Below, in pieces: positions 22,118 to 31,214 of a stretch of DNA of 32,296 bases. The translations under genes and the position numbers were made by a program. The first letter of the stretch is position 1, and the number at the start of each line of letters is the position of its first letter. The stretch spans positions 1-32,296 of the forward strand of contig NW_025214543.1 of the NCBI RefSeq assembly GCF_004010195.1, written 5' to 3'. The stretch is from Chiloscyllium plagiosum. Taxonomy: Eukaryota. The notes beneath the pieces were generated by a model. The model searched no databases. It was not told the origin of the DNA and saw only the letters and a program-made list of their open reading frames with translations.

Positions 22118-24690
22118 CAGTCATAGAGATGTACAGCGCAGAAACAGGGCCTTCGGTGTCCAACTCATACACGCCACCCACATATCCTAACATAATATCG
22201 TCTTATTTGCCAACACTTGGCCCAAATCCCCCTCAACCCTTCCTGTTCGTATACCCATCCAGATGCCTTTTAAATGCAATAATTGTACAAGTCTCCACCA
22301 CTTCCTCTAGTAGTTCATTCCATACATGCATCACCCTCTGCCTTTTATATCTTTCCCCTCTCACCCTGAAGCTAGGCTGTCTGGTTGTGGACTCCACTAC
22401 CTCAGGGAAAAGCCCTTCTCTGTTGTGCCGCTCATGATTTTATAAATCTCTGTATGGTCACCCATCAGTCTCAAATACCCCAGCCCATTTAACCTCTCCC
22501 TGTAGCTCAAATCTTCCAATCCTGGCAACATACATGTAAATCTTTTCTGAAACCTTTAAATTTACACAACATCCTTCCGATAGGAAGGAGACAAGTATTG
22601 CACGCAATATTCCAAAAGTGATTTATCCAATGTCCTGTACAGCCAGAACGTGACCTCCTAACTCCTCTACTCAATGCTCTGATCAGTAAACACAAGCACA
22701 CCAAACACCTCCTTCACTATCCTATCTACCTGCAACTCCACTTTCAAGGAGCTATGAACCTGTATTCCAAAGTTTCGTTGTTCAGCCACACTCCCTAGGA
22801 ACATACCATTAAGTGCCTTGTGGCACTCCACTGGTCACAGGCCTCCAGTCTGAAAAACAACCCTCCACCACCACCCTCTGTCTTCTACCTTCGAACCAGT
22901 TCTGTATCCAAATGGCTGGTTTTCCCTCTATTCCATGAGATTTAACCTTGCTCACCAATTTCCCATGTGGAAACTTTGCGAACACCTTACTGAAGTCCAT
23001 ATCGCTCACATTGACTGCTCTGCTCTCATCAATCCTTTTTGTTATTTCTTCAAAAACCTCAATTCAATTTCTTGAGACATGATTTCCCATGCACAAAGCA
23101 ATGCTGACTATCCCTAATTAGACACTGCCTTTCCAAATACATGCAAATCATGATTCCCTCCTTCAACATGCCCACCTCTGACGTCAGGCGAACCGGTCTG
23201 TAGTTCCCTGGCTTTTCCTTACCATCTTGCTGAAATAGTGGCACCACCTTAGCCAACCTCTAGTCTTCTGGCATCTCACCTGGGACCATTGATGATACAA
23301 ATATTTCAGCAAGGGGCCCAGCAATTACTTCCCTAGCTTGCCACAGAGTCCGAGGGTACACCTGATCAGATCCTGGTAAGGTCCAAGGGAGTGTTGCTGA
23401 ACAAAGAGACTTTGGAGTACAGGTTCATAGCTCCTCGAAAGTGGAGTTGCAGGTAGATAGGATAGTGAAGAAGGCGTTAGGTATGCTTTCTTTTATTGTT
23501 CAGCGTATTGAGTACAGGAGTTGGGAGGTCATGTTGCGGGTGTACAGCACATTGGTTAGGCCACTGTTGGAATATTGCTTGCAATTCTGGTCTCCTTCCT
23601 ATCGGAAAGATGTCGTGAAAATTGAAAGGGCTCGGAAAATATTTACAAGGATGTTGCCAGGGTTGGAGGATTTGAGCTAATAGGAGAGGCTGAACAGGCT
23701 GGGGCTGTTTTCCCTGGAGCATTGGAGGCTGAGGGGAGACCTAATAGAGGTCTACAAAATTATGAGGGGCATGGATAGGATAAATATACAAAGTCTTTTC
23801 CCTGGTACCGAGGAGTACAAAATGAGAGGGCAGAGATTTAGGGTGAGGGGAAAAGATATAAAAGAGACCTAAGGGGCAACTTTTTCACACAGAGGGTGGT
23901 ACGTGTATGGAACGACCTGCCAGAGGATGTGGTGGAGGCTGGTACAATTGCAACATTTAAAAGGCATTTGGATGGATATACGAATAGGAATGGTTTGGGG
24001 GGGATATGAGCCCGGTGCCGGCAGGTGGGACTAGATTGGGTTGGGATATCTGGTCGGCGTAGACGGGTTGGACCGAAGGGTGTTTTTTCATATTGTACAT
24101 CTGTATAACTCTATGACCTGATAAGGTACTGGGGATTTATCTACCTTTATGCATTTCAAAACATCCAGGACCTCCTCCTCTGTAATATGGACATTTTGCA
24201 AGTTGACACCATCTATTTCCCTACATTCTGTATCTTCCATGTCCTCCCCACAGTAAATACTGATGTAAAACTCTTGTTTAATATCTCCCCATCTCCTGCA
24301 GCTCCAGATGCAGGCTGCCTTGATGATCTTCAAGGGGCCCTATTCTCTCCCTAGTTACCATTTGTCCTTTATATTTTTATAAAAACCCTTTGGATTCTCC
24401 TTAACCCTATTTGCCAAAGCTATTTCATGCCCCCCTTCGCCCTCCTGATCTCCCGCTTTAGTATACTCCTACTGCCTTTATACTCTCCTAAGGATTCACA
24501 CTCTCTCCTGAGATACGTTTTTTTTTCAAAACTTAAACCTCAATTTCTCTCCTCATCCAGCATTCCGTACACCTACTGGCCTTTCCTTTCACCCTAACAG
24601 GAAACTGTCTCCTGTCCCCGGACTGCCGTCCTCATTTTGGAAGTCTTCCCAATTTCCAGTGATAAAGGTTTCATTCCCTCAAAATGTAAA
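22118..24690 (-). mobile_element. CR1 LINE (3' end at ~22118, internal deletion near 22810) split by a younger CR1
   Basis: ORFs MDFSKVFAKFPHGKL..WIQNW..WRPVTSGVPQG, KPGNYRPVRLTS..QHCFVHGKSCL and ITEEEVLDVLKCIKVDKSP. Confidence 0.9.
23377..24115 (+). mobile_element. Nested 5'-truncated CR1 with a diverged ~17-bp TSD
   Basis: ORF 23441-23680 VDRIVKKALGML..LVRPLLEYCLQFWSP; flanks acctgatcagatcctgg (23360-23376) and acctgataaggtactgg (24116-24132). Confidence 0.92.
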
Positions 24691-24914
24691 CTCCCCGATT
24701 CCTGCTTCTCGCGAAACGTCCGCTAGAAAATAATGACAAAAAAAGAACTTTCCAAAGAAAGGCTTTGATGAGGTGAGCTCTGGTCAGTAACATATATCTG
24801 TAAGTTACCAAAAGCACCAGGTCAGTATCAGGCACACAGACAGAATGGGTAAATAGATTCACATCGGATCTCACATCTCCCGTCCTGGGAACCTGAAGCA
24901 TGCACATCCATTCT

Positions 24915-26660
24915 GGAGAGTTATGCAGATATCAGGAGTGTTGCTGTGGCAAAAAGAGTTTTCAGTAATTTTGAGGGAAGATACTAATAAAGGAGGTTAC
25001 AGAGGTAAGGAGGATTGTCGGGACTTTAAGAGGTTTCGCAATGTACGAGTGTTGTCAGGATTGAAGGAAGTTCCCAAGATAGGGAGGGTTTAAGATTGAA
25101 GAATTCCAAGGACCACCTTGGAATTCTTGACAGTGTGGAGGAACAGAGGAATCTTGGGGTCCACGTCCATTGATCCCTCAAAGCTGCTACTCAAGTTGTT
25201 AGCTTTATTCAGAAGGCGTATGGTATATTGGCTTTCATTAGCAGGGGGATTGAGTTTAAGAGCCATGAGGTTATGCTGCAGATCTATCAAGACCTGGTTA
25301 GACAACACTTGGTATATTGTGTTCAATTCTGGTTGCCTCATCATCAGAAAGATGTAAAAGCTATAGAGAGGGTGTAGAGGAGATTTATCAGGATGCTGCC
25401 TGGACTGGAGGGGAGATCTTATGAAGAAAGGTTGAGGGAATTAGGGCTTTACTTTTTGGAATGAAAAGAGACGAGAGATGACTTATTGGAAGTGAATGAG
25501 ATGATTTGAGGCTTAGATAGAGAGGATAACCACATACTTTTCCCATTGCAAAAATGGAAATAACTCGGGGACATAAATTGACGGTGATCAGAGGAAGGTT
25601 TATAGGAGATGTTAGGGGTGGGTTCTTCACACATAGTGTAGCAGGTGCGTACAATGCACTGCCAGCAGTGGTAGTAGGGTCCGATACATTAGGGACATTT
25701 AAACAACTCTTAGATTCCGATACATTAGGGACATTTAAACAACTCTTAGATAAGCAAATGTAGGGTCTGTAGGATAAAAGGTCAGCACAACATTGAGGGC
25801 CGAAGGGCCTTGCGCTGTGCTGTACTGTACTACGTTCTAAATAGGGAGGGTTACAATGGCACAAAGAGGTTTCAGCAAGCTGGGAAGGATGTGATCTGAA
25901 TGAAGAGACGCAAATAGGAAGGAGTGCTCGGATTGTCGAGGGTAACACTGACAGCAATGGTCTGATCTGGAGCAGACGACCCAGACTGGGAGGGATGTGA
26001 GGACTGGAGGTGTTTTCAGCAGGAACGAGGACCATAGAACCACAGGGTGTTATATAAATGTGGATAGCTGTAGGGCCTACAGGTGTTCATGGAGATGGGG
26101 AGATTGGAAGGGATGGAGCAGTTTACAGGTAGAAGGATGTTGGTAGGATGGGGTGTTTCACACAGACAGCAGTGGTTTTGGTGAATGGAGCAGATTATGC
26201 AAATCAAAATGGTTTTATAGATTAGAAGAACACACAGCGATGTGGAGGGCAGTCGCGACTGAAGATGTTTATAGTTAAAGAAAGAATAAAGTTCTGCAGG
26301 TTATTTAGATATAGAGGATGTGGAGTCGGACATTTTTACCAGGAGGAAAGGACAGTAATTTTGGTTAGAGACAGTTTCATGGATAAGGGAGCAGTAGTAA
26401 CCTCCTCCAGTTTGGTCAAATTGGGAAGGGTTGTCGGGGAGGGTGACGTTTCCACAGATAGGGGTGTAACAGCTGGAGAAGGTTATGGAGATGAGTGGGC
26501 AGATGGAGAGACTGGAACAGCTTGCATTGACAGGGTGGGAGATAGCCACGGGAGGATGTTACACATATATAGTGAGTCTTTTTGGAAGTGAATCAGATAG
26601 TCACAGGCATTGGAGTGAGTTCTACAGATCAGGGGTACTGCACGGACCTGAGAGGATTGT
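24915..26660 (-). repeat. Degenerate ~36-bp L2-derived minisatellite interrupted by the CR1 at 25091-25840
   Basis: Units such as ggaggttacagagg, gggagggatgtgaggactggagg and cagctggagaaggttatggagat on both sides of the CR1. Confidence 0.6.
25091..25840 (+). mobile_element. 5'-truncated CR1 3' fragment
   Basis: TRGHKLTVIRGRFIGDVRGGFFTH; flanked by atagggagggtt at 25079-25090 and 25841-25852; contains a perfect 36-bp duplication at 25680-25751. Confidence 0.88.
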
Positions 26661-26768
26661 ACGGTCTCCATAGATTGATTGTATCTTTCGGACTGGAAAA
26701 AGATACAAATAGCTTAAAGTCAATGTATGCTGCTTTCTTTTTCCTGAACAGAGCCTCAAGATCTCTCT

Positions 26769-26895
26769 GAGGAGAAAGTGAGGTCTGCAGATGCTGGAGA
26801 TCAGAGCTGAAAATGTGTTGCTGGAAAAGCGCAGCAGGTCAGGCAGCATCCAAGGAACAGGAAAATCGATGTTTCGGGCATAAGCCCTTCTTCAG
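26769..26895 (-). mobile_element. PLE pLTR fragment with hammerhead-like head
   Basis: Reverse complement of the 9519-9645 family; ctgaagaagggcttatgcccgaaacatc at 26868-26895. Confidence 0.88.
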
Positions 26896-26899
26896 TGGG

Positions 26900-27975
26900 C
26901 CTTTTAGTCTGTGGGTGGCTCAGTTCATCCAGGGGAAGTTAAAATCTACAACCAATATTACATTATTATTTCATTAGGTACATACAATCTCTCTACACAT
27001 CTGCTCCTCTAGTATCTGCTGGCTATTTGGGAATCTTGAACACTGTCACAACAGAGTGTTCATCACCTTTTTGTTTCTAACGTCTCAACATATGGCCTCA
27101 TTTGATGACTCTTAAAGAGTATCCTCTCGAAGCGCTGTTGCTCTGACCTCCCTTATCAAAAGGGCAGCTCCCCCTCCTCACTTGTCCTTCTGTCACACCT
27201 GTAGCTTCCAGTCCTGCCCTTCTCTCAGCCATGTTTCTGTTATGGTTATAATATCCCAGTCCCCAGAGCAAATCCATGCTCTGAGCTTGTCTTCCTTACC
27301 AGTCAGGCCTCGTGCATTGAAATAAATGCATGTTAAACCAAAAGTCTTTTCCCTCCCTTGACTGTGCCCTGGATATCCTGAATAGCAAACTTGTTCTCGA
27401 TGGCTGATGCATTTTTCCGCTGACTGGTCGATAGGCCCTCCCTTATTGAGAGTCTCTGTCAAACCTTTTTAAACCCTCCCCGAATAACACTAACAAATCT
27501 CTCCGCCAGGATACTGGCGTCCCTCTGGTTCAAGTCAAACCCGTCATCTTGTATAGGTCACCTCTACCTCAAAAGAGATCTCAATGATCCAAACCTTACC
27601 CCCACTCGCCCCCCCAGCTCCTCAGCTACACATTTATCTGGCCTATCTTTCTATTTCTATCCTCACTGGGGCAGGTGGCACTGGGAGCAATCTGGAGATC
27701 ACTTCCTTTGAGGTCCTGCTTTTTAACTTCTTACCTAACTCCTGATACTCATTTCACAGGACCCCATCCCATTGTCTACCTCTGTCATGTGGGCTGATGT
27801 GCACAATGACCTCTGGCTATTCACCCTCCCCTTCAGAATATTCAGTAACCGCTCAGAGACATCCTTGACTCTGGTTCCCAGGAAGCAGCACACCACCCCT
27901 GGGGTCTCTTCTGCAGCCACACAGTCTCCTGTCTGTCCCCCTCACAACTGAGTCTCCTATCAGTATCACTTTCAT
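26900..27975 (-). mobile_element. CR1 ORF1 (SGNH esterase-like) end and ORF2 endonuclease start
   Basis: VVCCFLGTRVKDVSERLLNILKG and LTCIYFNARGLTGKEDKLRAWI..WDIITITETWL. Confidence 0.88.
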
Positions 27976-28296
27976 TAGAGAGGATCTGGCAAAGATATAC
28001 TGGGAAGACTATCCGCAGTTTGTCCATATTTGGAAAGTGGGAGTATGTTAAAGTGATACAGTGAGAATTCAGGGCCAGTGTGTTCCTGACGAGGGAAGAG
28101 TAAAGGCAGCAAATCCAGTGAATACTGATCAAGCGACATTGTGAGTTTGATAAAGAAAACACAGTGCAATAAAAGCAGGTGAAGCCATTCAAAAGTACAG
28201 GGACTGCAAGGATATCCTTAGAAATGAGGGACACACAATGACCATAAAATATCCTTGTCAGATACTATTAAGGAAAAGTCACAAGGTATTTTATCA

Positions 28297-28658
28297 GTAT
28301 GTGGCCTCCTCTATATTGGGGAGACAGGTCGGCTACTTGCGGAGCGTTTCAGAGAACACCTCTGGGACACCCGGACCAACCAACCCAACCACCCTGTAGC
28401 CCAACATTTCAATTCCCCCTCCCACTCCACCAAGGATATGCAGGTCTTTGCACACCTCCATCGTCAGACCACAACAAAACAACGGTTGGAGGAAGAACGC
28501 CTCATCTTCCGGCTAGGAACCCTCCAACCACAAAGGATGAACTCGGATTTCACCAGTTTCCTCATTTCCCCTCACCCCAGCCTGTCTCAGTCAAATCCAT
28601 CAAATTCAGCACCGCCTTCCTAACCTGAGATCTTCTTCCCGACCTCTCCGCCCCCACC
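28297..28658 (+). mobile_element. Penelope-like element GIY-YIG endonuclease C-terminal fragment
   Basis: CGLLYIGETGRLLAERFREHL..PVAQHFNSPSHS..RLEEERLIFRLGTLQPQRMN; lacks the N-terminal GIY part and the RT. Confidence 0.92.
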
Positions 28659-28659
28659 T

Positions 28660-29700
28660 GTATTCACACAGGAGCCAGGGATTTTAGTTGGGATGGTGAG
28701 GTTCGAGAACATGTTAAGATTAAAACGGAGGAGGTATTAAATGTTTTCATAGGCATAAAGCTGAAGAAATCCCCAGTGCCCAATGAAGGCATAAAGCTGA
28801 AGAAATCCCCAGTGCCCAATGAAATGTATGGGAAGTAAGGGAGGAGGTTGCTGGGGCCCTGGTGGATATAGTTAAGAGTTTTCTGGCCACATGTGAAGTG
28901 CCAAATGACTGGAGGATAGCTAAAGTAGTTCCTTTGTTTATGAAGGGCAGCAGGGATAGGCCAGGTAATTACAGAGCAGATAGTCTGATAGCAGGCGGAG
29001 GGAAATTATTGGAAACAATTCTGAGGATGAATCAACACTTATAAAGGTAAGGATCATCTCGGCTCAATCCTCACGGATTTGGGAGAGGAAGATACTGTCT
29101 GAGAAATTCAGTGGAGTTTTTTGAAATGGTGTCTAAAAGTATTGATGAAGGCAGTGCAGATGTTACATGGAATTGAATAAGGCCTTTGCCAAGTTCACAC
29201 ATGGAAGACTGATCCAAAAGTAAAGAGCCATTGGGTTCCAAGGCAAGTTGGTAAATTGGATCCACAATTGATGGACAGACTGCTTTGTGTTTGAAATTCC
29301 TTCACCAGTGGGTGTACCACAGAGGGATCTGTGCAGGAACCATTATTGCTTATGATGTGCATTAACAACTCCGATGTGAAAGCAGAATGAACCATTAGTA
29401 GGCTCGCAAATGACATGAAAGGTGAGGTTTTGTCCACAGTGAGGCGGATGATCTCAGTCTACAGTCCGATGTCTTTCAGATGATAATTTGAGCAGGGTTT
29501 AGTAGTGATCGAAGTGAGATAATACCCAGTGGGAGGAATGATAAGCGACGGACAGACATAATGAACAGTAGGTCCTTGTGGAGTACTGAGGAACACAGGG
29601 ACCTTGGTGGACAAGTCCATAGATCCCTGAAGGTATCAGCACAGGGAGACAGGGTGGGGAATGGACCTGACCTGGGAGTGGGATGAGGACCAACATTCTG
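28660..29700 (+). mobile_element. CR1 RT fragment, decayed
   Basis: EVPNDWRIAKVVPLFMKGSRDRPGNYR, HGFGRGRYCL and VPQRDLC / GSVQEPLL; perfect 36-bp duplication at 28751-28822. Confidence 0.85.
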
Positions 29701-29970
29701 GTGGGGCAAATTACTGGAGTGGTTTGAGAGTATATAAACTAGTCTGGCAGGGTGCTGGACCTTAAACGGTCATAAAGACAGAAAGAAGATTGAGCCTGGT
29801 ACACAAGGTAAAGAGAGCAATTTCAACAGACAAGGCAGGCAAGAACATAGCAGGGAATAGGGAACAACTGATGATTAACCTGCATTTATTTCAATGCAAG
29901 GGGCCTGACAGCTAAGGAAGATGAACGCAGGGATGGATGGGAATATGGGACTGGGAGATGAGAGTTATCA
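29700..29970 (+). mobile_element. CR1 ORF1/ORF2 junction fragment
   Basis: tgcatttatttcaatgcaaggggcctgaca encodes CIYFNARGLT. Confidence 0.75.
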
Positions 29971-29974
29971 TTGT

Positions 29975-30912
29975 GCTACTATCTGTGTGGAATATGCACA
30001 TTCTCCCCGTGTCTGCGTGGATTTCCCCCGGGTACTGTGGTTTCCTCCCACAGTCACAAAGATGTGCAGTTTAGGTGAATTGGTCATGCTAAGTTGCTGT
30101 GGTGTAAAATTATGTCCCAATACATGTGTGAATCATTATGCAACACATGTATTGGGCCAAGCAGTGGAATGTGGTGAAAGGGTTAAAATTGTGTCCCAAT
30201 ACATGTGTGAATCTAACCGAAAATGGAAGGTGTCGCTTAGTCCCGTGTGAATCTTGTTATACACCTTCCCGTGTGAATCTTCTTATCTGTATGTAACCAG
30301 AATGGAATGTGTTTTTTAGCCTTGCTCTGCTGTTCACATGAATGTTTATATCTGGAAAAGGGCATATCAGCTGGAGAAGTCTCCAGTTCGGTAGAGTCTG
30401 CTCCGGGGTTACGTTTAACCGCCGAGCGTGGGTTGTTGGCAACCGCTCTACGAGAACTGACGGCTCCCAGTTTTGGTAACACGTAGAGTGAGTATAAACC
30501 AGACCCGTTGTAAGTACGAGACCTGGTTGAGGCGACGCTGCGGGGAATAAAATACTCATATTCTAGCAAACTCGTCTCTTAGTTTGATATACCCTTTTCC
30601 AGATATAAACATTCATGTGAACAGCAGAGCAAGGCTAAAAAACACATTCCATTCTGGTTACATACAGATAAGAAGATTCACACGGGAAGGTGCATAACAA
30701 GATTCACACGGGACTAAGCGACACCTTCCATTTTCGGTTAGATTCACACATGTATTGGGACACAATTTTAACCCTTTCACCACAGTTGCCCGTAGTGTTA
30801 GGTGAAGATGTAAATGTAGGGGAATGGGTCTGGGTGGGTTGCTCTTCGGAGAGCCAACGTTTTGGACCAAAGAGCCTGTTTCCACACTGTAAGTAAACTA
30901 ATCTAATCAAAT
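29975..30912 (+). mobile_element. 5'-truncated HE1-type SINE split by a 687-bp insertion
   Basis: Left half ends ...catgctaagttgc (30097) and right half resumes gttgcccgtagtgttagg (30785), collinear with 15302-15328. Confidence 0.92.
30098..30784. mobile_element. Non-autonomous TGT...ACA element with 200-bp inverted arms, LTR-like core and 5-bp TSD (solo-LTR or Ginger-like foldback; unclassified)
   Basis: TSD gttgc at 30093-30097 and 30785-30789; arms 30170-30369 and 30585-30784 differ at 2 of 200 positions; tataaa 30493-30498 and aataaa 30546-30551. Confidence 0.9.
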
Positions 30913-31214
30913 CATTGCAGAAACACTGCTGAGGGAGGGACAGGACCAACAAATCATTGTTTCAAGATAGAGAGACCACAGGAAGCATAGAAGGGTTGGC
31001 AACAGAGGAAGGACACATGGTGGTGGGTTTTGAGTGCATGAAACATCACAGCAATACTCAGAGAGGACATTCCTATGGGATCGGCTACTGTGTTAGTGGA
31101 ACTGTGAAATAAGAATGGGACATCACTTTGATACGAGTGTACTGACCCTGAATAACCTGTGGCAGACTGAGGAACAAATATGTCGGGAGATCTCCTGTCT
31201 GTATCTGACATATG

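Noticed and set aside
25850..26640. Decayed Jockey/I-type reverse transcriptase on the minus strand (also 19735-20330)
   Set aside because: The apparent motifs were weak, and the ~36-bp periodic G-rich unit explains the sequence better.
14820..28170. V(D)J recombination signal heptamers (cactgtg ~14824; cacagtg ~15133, ~20706, ~28160)
   Set aside because: There is no nonamer at 12/23 spacing and no V/J-like coding segment; one heptamer lies inside a SINE A box.
30098..30784. Transib/ProtoRAG-type element because of the 5-bp TSD
   Set aside because: Those elements begin with CAC; this one begins with TGT and has no RSS-like heptamer/nonamer. DIRS is also unlikely, since DIRS elements typically make no TSD.
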